Below, one piece after another: positions 9,747 through 19,182 of a stretch of DNA of 64,000 bases. The stretch is taken from NCBI GenBank assembly GCA_944393385.1, contig CALYAA010000001.1, positions 48,221-112,220 on the forward strand, in the 5' to 3' direction. The DNA is from an uncultured Clostridia bacterium (lineage in GTDB: Bacteria > Bacillota > Clostridia > TANB77 > CAG-508). Position numbers and translations under genes: made by a program. Within the stretch, counting starts at the first letter, position 1. Every line of letters starts with the position of its first letter. The notes beneath the pieces are model-generated. The model searched no databases. It was not told where the DNA came from and saw only the letters and a list, made by a program, of their open reading frames with translations.

Positions 9747-10985
9747 ATGCACAAACGTATATTGGCAATATTCTTAATTTTAATAGTAACAATCCCATGT
9801 ATTTGTGCATATTCTACAGATATAAATGAATTACAAGAACAATCAAATGAAATTACTAAAAATTTAACTGAAACTAATAATAGATTACAAGCAGTACAAG
9901 AACAAGTTTCAGAAAATATGGCAGAACTACAACAATTAAATACAGAACTTGCACAATATGAAGATGAGACAAATAAAATAAAAGATGATTTAGACCAATT
10001 AAATCAAGAAATTTCAGAAAATGAACAAAAGCTAGAAAAAATACAAACAGAATATGATAATATACAAGGTTTAATAGATAGTAGACTTGTAGAGATGTAT
10101 AAATCAACAGATTTGCAATTTTTAGATGTATTGTTAACATCTACTAGTATAAATGATTTTTTAACTACTTATTATGCATTAGTAGAATTAAATAAATATG
10201 ATACAGAACTTTTAGAAAATGCAAAACAGCAAAAAATAGAAATAGAAACAACAAAGAAAATACTTGAAGAAAAAAGAAAACAAGCAATAGAAAATAAACA
10301 AACATATCAAAAGAAATCACAAGTTCTTCAGAATATGAGAAAAAAACAAGAATTTTATTTGTCTAAACTTACAGAAGAAGAACAACAATTACAAGCAAAA
10401 ATAGATGAATACAATACACAAGTTGCAGAAATTGAGGCAGAAATTAAATTTTTAGCTTCAGAAAGTATAAGCGAAAGTTATATAGGAGGAGCATTTATTT
10501 GGCCAGTACCAGGACATACATCATTAACATCTCTTTATGGGATGAGAGTTCATCCAATTACAGGAGCATATAAATTACATACTGGTGTTGATGTTAGTGC
10601 AGGAATAGGAACTCCTTTTGTGGCAGCAGCAAATGGAATAGTTTCAAAAGCAACATTTAATAGAGCATATGGAAATATGGTTATAATAGACCATGGTGGA
10701 GGAGTACAAACATTATATGCACATGGAAGTGAAATTTTAGTTCAAGTTGGAGATGAAGTAAATGCTGGAGATGAAGTTCTAAAAGTAGGTTCAACAGGGT
10801 ATTCAACAGGACCACATGCACATTTTGAAATAAGAATAAATGGACAAACAGTAGATCCACTAGATTATCTAATTTATAAGAAGGGAATTGAAGAAGATGA
10901 AAAAACTGAAGAAAATGAAAGTGAGCCAAACCAAAATGAACAAATTAGCGAACAAACGAATAAAGATGAACAAAATAATTCTTAA
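9747..10985 (+). CDS. Coiled-coil M23 family metallopeptidase (EnvC-like FtsEX-associated hydrolase)
   Basis: Signal peptide, a long Q/E-rich coiled coil and a C-terminal M23 domain with HTGVD...HAHFEI. Confidence 0.8.
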   Translation: MHKRILAIFLILIVTIPCICAYSTDINELQEQSNEITKNLTETNNRLQAVQEQVSENMAELQQLNTELAQYEDETNKIKDDLDQLNQEISENEQKLEKIQTEYDNIQGLIDSRLVEMYKSTDLQFLDVLLTSTSINDFLTTYYALVELNKYDTELLENAKQQKIEIETTKKILEEKRKQAIENKQTYQKKSQVLQNMRKKQEFYLSKLTEEEQQLQAKIDEYNTQVAEIEAEIKFLASESISESYIGGAFIWPVPGHTSLTSLYGMRVHPITGAYKLHTGVDVSAGIGTPFVAAANGIVSKATFNRAYGNMVIIDHGGGVQTLYAHGSEILVQVGDEVNAGDEVLKVGSTGYSTGPHAHFEIRINGQTVDPLDYLIYKKGIEEDEKTEENESEPNQNEQISEQTNKDEQNNS

Positions 10986-12141
10986 TTTGTTGATAATGAG
11001 TATTTCGATGATATTAATAATGCAAAACACAGTTTATTCTGCAAGCACAAAGAGTGATTTACAAAATGAAATGTCAGACACACAAGATAAAATAGAACAA
11101 TTGCAAAAAGAGCAACAAGAAATTGAAGATAATCGCTCTGAAGCAATGAAGACAGTAGAAAATTTGATATATGAAATATCTGATGTAGAAAAAGAAATAG
11201 AAGACTTGGAAACAAAAGTTTCAAATTTACAAGAAAAAATTGAACAAAGTGAAAAAGACATAGAACAAAAAACAGAGGAATATAATAAACAAGAAGATTT
11301 ATTAGATGCAAGACTAATTGCACTATATAAAAGTGGAGATACTTCTTATTTAGAAATATTTTTAACATCTTCTAGCATGACAGACTTCTTATCAAAATAT
11401 TATTTAGCACAAGAACTTGTAGAATGTGATAAAGAGTTTATGCAATCTGTTACAGAGCAAAAGAAACAATTAGAAGCTGATAAAGCTCAGCTAGAAGCAG
11501 ATAAAAAAGAACTAGACACATCTTTAACACAGCAAAAAGCAAAACAAGTATCTTTAACAAGTATGAAAGAAGAAAAAGAAAAATATGCAGAACAATTAAC
11601 AGAGCAAGAAAAGAAAAATCAAGAAGAAATAGAACAATTCGAAAAAGATAAAGCAGAAATAGAAAGAGAATTAAAAAGAATTGCTGAAGAAGAAGCCAAA
11701 AAGAATTCTGTAAATATTTCTGGTACTCCAAGTGCAAGTGGTTATATATTTCCAGTACAAGGTTTAACAAGAGCCAATATTAATAATAAAACATATCCAT
11801 CATATCCAGGACATACTGGTGTAGATGTAAATATAAATGTTACTGGAAAAAATGTTGTAGCTGTTAAAGATGGAACAGTTGTAATTTCTACAGCATTAAG
11901 AAATTCTAATGGTACATATAGAAGTTATGGAGAATATGTTGTTATAAATCACCATGATGGAACAATGACACTTTATGCACATATGTTAGCTGGATCAAGA
12001 AAAGTAGAACCAGATGATAAGGTAGTTCAGGGACAAATTATTGGTACTGTCGGAAGTACAGGAAATTCAACAGGAAATCATTTACATTTTGAAGTAAAAG
12101 TTGGAGGTAGATCAGTAAATCCATTACCATATTTACCTTAA
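10966..12141 (+). CDS. Second coiled-coil M23 family metallopeptidase (paralog)
   Basis: Likely start MNKIILNLLIMS; the track ORF begins earlier and overlaps; coiled coil plus HTGVD...NHLHFEV M23 motifs. Confidence 0.78.
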   Translation: MNKIILNLLIMSISMILIMQNTVYSASTKSDLQNEMSDTQDKIEQLQKEQQEIEDNRSEAMKTVENLIYEISDVEKEIEDLETKVSNLQEKIEQSEKDIEQKTEEYNKQEDLLDARLIALYKSGDTSYLEIFLTSSSMTDFLSKYYLAQELVECDKEFMQSVTEQKKQLEADKAQLEADKKELDTSLTQQKAKQVSLTSMKEEKEKYAEQLTEQEKKNQEEIEQFEKDKAEIERELKRIAEEEAKKNSVNISGTPSASGYIFPVQGLTRANINNKTYPSYPGHTGVDVNINVTGKNVVAVKDGTVVISTALRNSNGTYRSYGEYVVINHHDGTMTLYAHMLAGSRKVEPDDKVVQGQIIGTVGSTGNSTGNHLHFEVKVGGRSVNPLPYLP

Positions 12142-12190
12142 TAAAAATATAAAAGGAGGATTCAGTCTAAAACAAGATTGAAAAATAAAA

Positions 12191-13423
12191 ATGGAAGAAA
12201 ATAGTTATATAAAAAGACAAAGATTATATAAAGGAATAATGCTTGTATTATTAACAGCTTTTATAACATTTATACTTACAAGTATATTCGTAAGCAATCA
12301 ATTAGGAAATAATGCTACATCAAACAATTCTCTTACATCGATTTTTCAAAATATTACAGGAAGCAGTGAGTTACAAAAATCATTAGAAACAATAGAAAAA
12401 TTAGTAAAAGATAAATATTTAAATGAAATTGATGAGAAAAAAGCAATTGAAGGTGCAATAGAAGGATATGTAGCATCATTAGGAGATTCTTATACAGAAT
12501 ATATTCCATCTGATGAAATGGAAGATTATACACAAGCAATTATGGGAAATTATGTTGGAATAGGAATATATATGACAATAAATACAGAAAAAAACTTAAT
12601 ACAAGTAATTGCACCAATTAGAGAAAGTCCTGCAGAAGAAGCTGGAATAAAATCAGGAGACTTTATAACAAAAATAAATGGAGTATCATATACAGGAGAT
12701 GAACTAACACAAGCTTCAAATATAATTAAAGGAGAAGAAGGTACAAAAGTAACTTTAGAAATTTTAAGAGGAGAACAAACATTAACTCTTGAAGTAGAAA
12801 GAAGAAATATTAATACAAATCCAGTATATTCAGATATTGTAGATGGAGATATAGGATATCTAGGAATTTCAAGTTTTGATGAAGGTGTTGCAGAAGACTT
12901 TAAAAATAAATTTTTATCTTTAAAAGAACAAGGAATAAAATCTTTAATTATAGATTTACGTGACAATGGAGGAGGAATTGTTGAAGAAGCAACACAAATT
13001 ATAGATTATATAGTTCCAAAGGGAAAAGAAATATTAATAACAGTTGATAAAGACAAAAATGAAGAAATTACTAAAGCTGAAGAAGATGTATTAATAGATA
13101 TGCCGATTGTTGTTTTAGTAAATGCAAGTTCAGCAAGTGCATCAGAAATAGTAGCAGGAGCATTAAAAGATTTAGATGAAGCAACAATTGTTGGAAGCAA
13201 AACATATGGAAAAGGTGTAATACAAGAATTTCTTTCATTAAGTAATGGAGGAGGACTAAAAATAACAATAGAAGAATATTACACACCAAATAGAACTAAA
13301 ATTAATGGGGTAGGAATTACACCAGATGTAGAAGTAGAACTAGAAACAAGTGTAACAGGTTTACCAACAGATGCAAAAGATACTCAATTAAATAAAGCAA
13401 AAGAAATATTACATCAACAATAA
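12191..13423 (+). CDS. S41 family C-terminal processing peptidase (PDZ domain)
   Basis: N-terminal TM helix, a PDZ region and S41 motifs GGG...SASASEI; 410 aa. Confidence 0.85.
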   Translation: MEENSYIKRQRLYKGIMLVLLTAFITFILTSIFVSNQLGNNATSNNSLTSIFQNITGSSELQKSLETIEKLVKDKYLNEIDEKKAIEGAIEGYVASLGDSYTEYIPSDEMEDYTQAIMGNYVGIGIYMTINTEKNLIQVIAPIRESPAEEAGIKSGDFITKINGVSYTGDELTQASNIIKGEEGTKVTLEILRGEQTLTLEVERRNINTNPVYSDIVDGDIGYLGISSFDEGVAEDFKNKFLSLKEQGIKSLIIDLRDNGGGIVEEATQIIDYIVPKGKEILITVDKDKNEEITKAEEDVLIDMPIVVLVNASSASASEIVAGALKDLDEATIVGSKTYGKGVIQEFLSLSNGGGLKITIEEYYTPNRTKINGVGITPDVEVELETSVTGLPTDAKDTQLNKAKEILHQQ

Positions 13424-13587
13424 TTATTTGTTATAGCTAAAATTCTACGTTTATATAAATACCATGATATATATTTATATCATGGATTTATATAATAGAA
13501 AAATTATATTTTTCTATTATATAATGTAAGAGATTTATAGGTATTCTTTTAATAAACCTAAATTTTATAAGAATAAGGATAATAAAA

Positions 13588-14235
13588 ATGAATTTAGCAA
13601 ATAAATTAACAATATTTAGAATAATATTAGTGCCTATTTTAATGGTTGTTCCAATTATAGATAGTATTTATGGAATATCTGGAGAATTTTTAGGAGTTCC
13701 AACATCTTTTTGGATTATGAATATTATATTTATCATAGCTTCTCTAACAGATAAATTGGATGGATATATTGCAAGAAGTAGAAATCAAGTAACTACATTT
13801 GGAAAATTTTTAGATCCACTTGCAGATAAAATTTTAGTAATTTCTGCATTAATTATTTTAGTTGAATATGGAAAAATTCCATCATGGATACCAATAATTG
13901 TACTAGCAAGAGAATTCATAGTTTCAGGATATAGATTAATTGCTGTAGAAAAAGGTGGAAAAGTAATAGCAGCATCTATTTGGGGAAAAATAAAAACAGT
14001 TACACAAATGTTAGCAATTATTTTAGCATTTTTAGACAAATTTAATTTTGGAGACTTTATATATGGAGTATTCACAGAAGCAGAAGCCAAATTAAGTTCT
14101 TCATTAATTTTAATGACAACAGGTGAATTTATAATTAATATGCTTACAACAGTAATGCTTATTATTGCTGTAATTGCAACAATTTTTTCTGGTATTAATT
14201 ATTTAAAAGGAAGTAAAGAACTTTTTAAAGACTAA
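13588..14235 (+). CDS. pgsA: CDP-diacylglycerol--glycerol-3-phosphate 3-phosphatidyltransferase
   Basis: NKLTIFRIILVPI and DKLDGYIARSRNQVTTFGKFLDPLADK CDP-alcohol phosphatidyltransferase motif. Confidence 0.85.
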   Translation: MNLANKLTIFRIILVPILMVVPIIDSIYGISGEFLGVPTSFWIMNIIFIIASLTDKLDGYIARSRNQVTTFGKFLDPLADKILVISALIILVEYGKIPSWIPIIVLAREFIVSGYRLIAVEKGGKVIAASIWGKIKTVTQMLAIILAFLDKFNFGDFIYGVFTEAEAKLSSSLILMTTGEFIINMLTTVMLIIAVIATIFSGINYLKGSKELFKD

Positions 14236-14292
14236 CAAATTTTGTTTATATAAATATTAGAATTTGTTAGTAAATTTTTTAAAAATATATAT

Positions 14293-14320
14293 TGACAAAA
14301 TTTTAAAATTATTGTAATAT
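14293..14320 (+). promoter_or_regulatory. Sigma-A-type promoter upstream of greA
   Basis: TTGACA-16 nt-TAATAT. Confidence 0.55.
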
Positions 14321-14375
14321 ACTACTTAAATTAAACAAAAAGAAAAACAATAAGTGCACTATAGATTATGTACTT

Positions 14376-14408
14376 TGGTTGGAAAAAATATTTTGTTTTT
14401 TCCAACCA
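14376..14408 (+). promoter_or_regulatory. Perfect 13-bp stem, 7-nt loop hairpin in the greA leader (possible attenuator or leader terminator)
   Basis: TGGTTGGAAAAAA-tattttg-TTTTTTCCAACCA followed by gaTTTgTgcTTT, between the promoter and the greA RBS. Confidence 0.4.
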
Positions 14409-14437
14409 GATTTGTGCTTTAAGAAAGGATGATAAAA

Positions 14438-14914
14438 ATGGAAGAAAAGGAAGTAATCCTAACACAAGAAGGGTTTGACAAATTAGAAAAGGAATTAGAA
14501 TATTTAAGAACAGAAAAAAGAACAGAAATTGCAGAAAGAATAAAAGTTGCTTTAGGATTTGGAGATTTATCAGAAAATTCTGAATATGATGAAGCAAAAA
14601 ATGCTCAAGCAGAAAATGAAAATAAAATTGCAGAATTAGAAAATAAGATAAGACATGCAAAAATAATAGATGAATCAGAAATAGATACTAAAACTGTTCA
14701 AATAGGAAATACAGTTAAATTATATGATATAGAATTTGAAGAAGAAGTTGAATACACAATAGTAGGTTCAACAGAAGTAAATTTAGCAGAAAACAAAATT
14801 TCAAATGAATCACCAATAGGAAAAGCACTAATTGGTGCAAAAAAAGGAACAGTTGTAGAAGTAGAAGCACCTGCAGGAAAAATCCAATATAAAATATTAT
14901 CAATAAAAAAATAA
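14438..14914 (+). CDS. greA: Transcription elongation factor GreA
   Basis: [16 protein letters not shown]...[13 protein letters not shown]; an ATG at 14429 is also possible. Confidence 0.9.
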   Translation: MEEKEVILTQEGFDKLEKELEYLRTEKRTEIAERIKVALGFGDLSENSEYDEAKNAQAENENKIAELENKIRHAKIIDESEIDTKTVQIGNTVKLYDIEFEEEVEYTIVGSTEVNLAENKISNESPIGKALIGAKKGTVVEVEAPAGKIQYKILSIKK

Positions 14915-15057
14915 AACTATAGAGAGATTACGAAAGTCTAGCAATTGTAGTTATAAATAAATAGAAAATTATAGAGTTCTTTTAAAAATTAAGTCTTTTT
15001 CACTATGAGTTGTGTAACTTAAAGTGAAAATTGTTTCATATTATATAAAAAATTTAA

Positions 15058-15091
15058 GAAATGTCAAAAATTTGTTTGACATTTCTTTTTT
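15058..15091 (+). terminator. Rho-independent terminator after greA
   Basis: GAAATGTCAAA...TTTGACATTTC followed by TTTTTT. Confidence 0.65.
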
Positions 15092-15155
15092 GATATGATA
15101 ATATATTACAAGATAGAGAATAAATGTTTTCTTAGTAAAATGTAAAAAAGGAGTA

Positions 15156-15812
15156 GTGATAAAAATGGGGACAAGAGCGGAAACAAGCAGAAAAGAGAAG
15201 GCTATATTAAAATTTATAGAAACACAGGTGTTAGAAAATGGATATCCACCATCAGTAAGAGAAATAGGAAAAGCAATAGGATTAAGTTCAACAGCAACAG
15301 TTCATGCTTATCTTGAAAAACTAGAAAAAGAAGGATATATCAAAAAAGAAGACAAAAAAGGCAGGACACTTAAAATAATAAAAGGAAGTAATGGAGAGCC
15401 AGTAACAAATTCTGGTAAAGATTTTTATGTACAAAAAGAATTAGTAAATGTACCAGTCATAGGAAAAATAACAGCTGGACAACCAATATTAGCAGTAGAA
15501 AATGTTACAGATACATTTCCAATTCCAATAGATTTTGTAGGAAATAGTGAAAGTTTCATGCTTACAGTAAGTGGAGAAAGTATGATAGAAGCAGGAATAC
15601 TTGATGGAGACTATATATTGGTAAAAAAACAAGATGATGCAAGAAATGGAGAAATAGTAGTTGCATTAATTGGAGAAGAAGCAACAGTCAAAACATTTTA
15701 CAAAGAAAAAAATTATATACGTTTACAACCAGAAAACCATACAATGGATCCAATTATTGTACCTGATTGTAAAATACTTGGAAAAGTTGCAGGAGTTTTT
15801 AGAAAGTTATAA
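15156..15812 (+). CDS. lexA: SOS repressor LexA
   Basis: N-terminal wHTH (SVREIGKAIGLSSTATVHAYL), an AGQP-like cleavage region and S24 peptidase motifs GESM...K. Confidence 0.9.
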   Translation: MIKMGTRAETSRKEKAILKFIETQVLENGYPPSVREIGKAIGLSSTATVHAYLEKLEKEGYIKKEDKKGRTLKIIKGSNGEPVTNSGKDFYVQKELVNVPVIGKITAGQPILAVENVTDTFPIPIDFVGNSESFMLTVSGESMIEAGILDGDYILVKKQDDARNGEIVVALIGEEATVKTFYKEKNYIRLQPENHTMDPIIVPDCKILGKVAGVFRKL

Positions 15813-15971
15813 TAAAGCAGTAAAATTTACTAATATAATACAAATATAAATAAGACAAATTAAAATTAAAAAAATTAATAAAAAAATAATATAAAATAGC
15901 AAGGAAAAAACTTGCTATTTTATTACTCATATAATATAATTTAGAAAAGTAAATAACAAGGAGACCAACAA

Positions 15972-17714
15972 ATGAAACATAAAAATGATCTAAAATTAAA
16001 TCTAGAAAACAAGCCAAAAAAAGTAAAAAGTAATAACATTTTTAAAAGAATTATAATAGTATTAATTCTATTACTTTTATGTGTATTTATTTTAATTAAA
16101 GCCAAAAACTATATTATAGAAAATACAGCAAATGAAATAAATTTAATAATAAACAATAGGAACATAACAGAAAATTTAAAACATCCAATAATAAATGAAA
16201 ATGGAATAATTTATGTATCTATGGATGATATAGAAAATTATTTTGATAGATACATACATATAGAAGAAGAAATAAATGAAATTGTTACTACATATGACAA
16301 GCAAATAGCAAGTATAGGGTTTGAAACAAATAAGTTAACATTAAATGGTTCAACAAAAAAAATACAAGCACATGCAATAAAAAAGGATGAAGTAATATAT
16401 TTACCTATTTCAGAAATGCAAGAAGTATATAATGTAGAGATGTCTGTAACTGATAAAAATATAACACTAGACTCATTAGATAGAAAACAGGTAAAAGCAT
16501 ATTCAAAGTCAAACTTATCTGTAAAATGGAAAGCTGATTTCTTCTCAAAAACTGTAGACAAAGTAAAAAAAGGAGATGTTCTTATAGCAATAGAAGATCT
16601 TGATAAAGGATGGACAAAAGTAAGAACACAAAATGGAGAAGTTGGCTATGTAAAAACAAATAAGTTAACAAATTATACAACGGTTAGAGATGATTTAATT
16701 GAAGAAAAGCAAATAGATGGAAAAGTAAATATGTTTTGGGACTATTACTCAAAATACGTAAAATGCCCAGATAGAACAGGACAAGTAATAGAAGGAGTAA
16801 ATGTAGTTTCACCATCATTTTTCTATATAGACGATGATGGAGAATTCCAAGACAAAGTAGGAGATGCAGGAAAAGCATATATAGAATGGGCACACTCAAA
16901 CGGATACAAAGTATGGCCAATGTTGCAAAATGACGAAGCAGGAATAAAAGTAACATCAACAATATTAAACAGCTATGCAAAAAGACAAGAACTAATAGAA
17001 AAAATTGTAGAAGTATGTGTAGAATACCAACTAGACGGAATAAACATAGATTTTGAAAACATGTATGAAGCAGACAAAGACAAATTCTCAAGATTTATAA
17101 TAGAACTAGAACCACGAATAAAAGAAATAGGAGGAGTTTTATCTGTAGATGTAACAGCACCAGACGGAGACCCAAACTGGTCATTATGTTATGACAGGAA
17201 TGTAATAGCACATGTAGCAGATTACATAGTATTTATGGCATATGATCAATATGGAAATTCAAGTACAAAACCAGGAACAACAGCTGGATTTAATTGGGTA
17301 GAAACAAATATAATAAAATTTATAGAAAATGAAGATGTAGAACCAAGCAAAATAATCCTAGGAATTCCATTTTACACAAGACAATGGACAATAGATTCAA
17401 ACGGAAAAATAAAAAAAGATGATAGTGGCGTTGTAAGTATGCTAAATATTAAAATACCAAATAATGTAGAAAAACAATGGGATGAGGAACAACAACAATA
17501 TTATATAGAATATAAATCAGGAAATGACACAATAAAAATGTGGATAGAAGATGGAACATCAATAGCAGCAAAAGTTTCACTAGTAACAAAATACGGACTA
17601 GCTGGAACATCAGGATGGAGAAAAGACATGGAAACATCTAATGTTTGGAGTATAATTAACAATGAATTAACAAAAGCAAATGAAACAAACCAAGACTCAA
17701 GTGAAGCAGAATAA
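15972..17714 (+). CDS. Glycoside hydrolase family 18 protein with SH3b-like and stalk domains (peptidoglycan or chitin hydrolase-like)
   Basis: N-terminal TM helix and GH18 catalytic motif DGINIDFE; 580 aa. Confidence 0.78.
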   Translation: MKHKNDLKLNLENKPKKVKSNNIFKRIIIVLILLLLCVFILIKAKNYIIENTANEINLIINNRNITENLKHPIINENGIIYVSMDDIENYFDRYIHIEEEINEIVTTYDKQIASIGFETNKLTLNGSTKKIQAHAIKKDEVIYLPISEMQEVYNVEMSVTDKNITLDSLDRKQVKAYSKSNLSVKWKADFFSKTVDKVKKGDVLIAIEDLDKGWTKVRTQNGEVGYVKTNKLTNYTTVRDDLIEEKQIDGKVNMFWDYYSKYVKCPDRTGQVIEGVNVVSPSFFYIDDDGEFQDKVGDAGKAYIEWAHSNGYKVWPMLQNDEAGIKVTSTILNSYAKRQELIEKIVEVCVEYQLDGINIDFENMYEADKDKFSRFIIELEPRIKEIGGVLSVDVTAPDGDPNWSLCYDRNVIAHVADYIVFMAYDQYGNSSTKPGTTAGFNWVETNIIKFIENEDVEPSKIILGIPFYTRQWTIDSNGKIKKDDSGVVSMLNIKIPNNVEKQWDEEQQQYYIEYKSGNDTIKMWIEDGTSIAAKVSLVTKYGLAGTSGWRKDMETSNVWSIINNELTKANETNQDSSEAE

Positions 17715-17734
17715 AAGAACTTAATAATTTTATA

Positions 17735-17779
17735 AAAAGTAGAAATTAGACTTAAATTATCTAAATTCTACTTTTTTGT
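17735..17779 (+). terminator. Rho-independent terminator
   Basis: AAAAGTAGAAATT...AATTCTACTTTTTT. Confidence 0.7.
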
Positions 17780-17988
17780 CTATTTAAGAGTACAAAAATC
17801 TAAATAAATCGAAAATTGTACAGTGTACTGGACAAAAACATAAAAACATCAAATTTTGTACAGTATAATAAACAAAAACAATGTATATTTAGAAAAATGT
17901 ATAAAAAAGCTTGTAAAAAAGAAAGAAAAAAGATATAATAAATATACAAAAGGTGTCAACAAAATAGAAAAAGAGAGGAGCGATTTTT

Positions 17989-18513
17989 ATGGTAATAAAA
18001 ATTACTGGAAAAGAACTAAAGATAACAGATGCTATAAATGATTATGTAGAAAGGAAAATGGAAAGAATAGAAAAATACTTTGACAATGCAGAAGCAGAAG
18101 TAATAGCCAAAGTAGAAAAAAACACACAAATAGCAGAAATAAAAGTACTAGCAAATGGAGAAACATTCAGAGCAGTAACTGAAGACAAAGACTTATATGC
18201 ATCAATAGACAAAGACATAGACATATTAGAAGGACAAATAAGAAAATCAAAAACAAAAAGAGAAAAAATGCAAAAAGAATCAAGTTTAAAAGAACTAAAC
18301 GCACAAAAAGTAGTACATGAAGTAGAAGATGAAATATTAAAAATAGAATATTATGAAATAAAACCAATGACACCAGAAGATGCAAAATTAAAATTAGAAG
18401 AAAGACCAAATCAAATGTTTTTAACATTTGTAAACCAAGAATCTGGAAAAGTAAATGTTATACATAAACTAAAAGATGGTAAAAACTTTGGTTTAATAGA
18501 ACCAGAAGCATAG
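17989..18513 (+). CDS. hpf: Ribosome hibernation promoting factor (long form)
   Basis: MVIKITGKELKITDAINDYVERK N-terminus plus a C-terminal dimerisation domain; 174 aa. Confidence 0.9.
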   Translation: MVIKITGKELKITDAINDYVERKMERIEKYFDNAEAEVIAKVEKNTQIAEIKVLANGETFRAVTEDKDLYASIDKDIDILEGQIRKSKTKREKMQKESSLKELNAQKVVHEVEDEILKIEYYEIKPMTPEDAKLKLEERPNQMFLTFVNQESGKVNVIHKLKDGKNFGLIEPEA

Positions 18514-18537
18514 GAAGATTAGTGAAAATTAGTGCCG

Positions 18538-18568
18538 GCAATTTGGTGCCGGCTCTTTTTTTACATTT
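18538..18568 (+). terminator. Rho-independent terminator after hpf
   Basis: GCCGGCA-atttgg-TGCCGGC followed by TCTTTTTTT; GC-rich stem. Confidence 0.8.
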
Positions 18569-18592
18569 AATTAAAATGAAAGGAAAGAAAAA

Positions 18593-19075
18593 GTGAAAAA
18601 GCAAATAATCATATTAAGAATTATACTAATAATTTTACTAGTAATAGTATTTATAAACATATTTGGATTTTCAAGTCAAGACTCAGAAGAATCAGGAAAT
18701 TTAAGCAGAACAATAACTGTAAGTATAACAAAAAATATAAAAGAGATACAGGAATTAAAAAGTGATGAAAAAAATGAGATATTGGATACTATAGAAAAGG
18801 TAATTAGAAAATTAGCACATTTTTCAGAATATACATTAGTAGGAATATTGCTTATGTCATTAATAAGTACCTTTAATTTAAAACAAATAAATCGATTTTT
18901 AATTAGTTTAGGAATAGGATTTTTATATGCTTGTTCAGATGAATTTCATCAACTATTTGTTCCAGGAAGAACTGCAAAATTTACAGATGTATTAATTGAT
19001 ACTGCAGGCGTTTGTATGGGGTGCTTTATAATATATTTAATTTTATTAGTAATAAAAAGATATAAAGCAAAATAA
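18593..19075 (+). CDS. VanZ-family membrane protein
   Basis: GTG start; KLAHFSEYTLVGILL and FHQLFVPGRTAKFTDVLIDTAG motifs; 4 TM helices. Confidence 0.72.
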   Translation: MKKQIIILRIILIILLVIVFINIFGFSSQDSEESGNLSRTITVSITKNIKEIQELKSDEKNEILDTIEKVIRKLAHFSEYTLVGILLMSLISTFNLKQINRFLISLGIGFLYACSDEFHQLFVPGRTAKFTDVLIDTAGVCMGCFIIYLILLVIKRYKAK

Positions 19076-19096
19076 AATGTTTTATATCTTTTTTTG
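19057..19096 (+). terminator. Rho-independent terminator overlapping the vanZ stop
   Basis: AAGATATAAA...TTTATATCTT followed by TTTTTT. Confidence 0.65.
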
Positions 19097-19182
19097 AACA
19101 ATAACTGACCATAAATTTTCTTGACATACTTTACCAAAAAGAATATAATAATTTTGTAAAAAAATAAGAAAGGGGTATAAAA

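Noticed and set aside
10681-12000. Multiple minus-strand ORFs (82-128 aa) across the M23 peptidase genes
   Set aside because: They are Leu/Phe-rich antisense translations of Glu/Lys-rich coiled-coil coding sequence.
15090-15160. Looked for a Firmicute LexA/Cheo box (GAAC-N4-GTTC) upstream of lexA
   Set aside because: No canonical box was found by eye. There is only the greA terminator palindrome at 15058-15085, so no operator is called.
17856-18041. 61-aa K-rich ORF upstream of and overlapping hpf
   Set aside because: It lies in the hpf promoter and leader, is low-complexity K/N-rich, and has no RBS.
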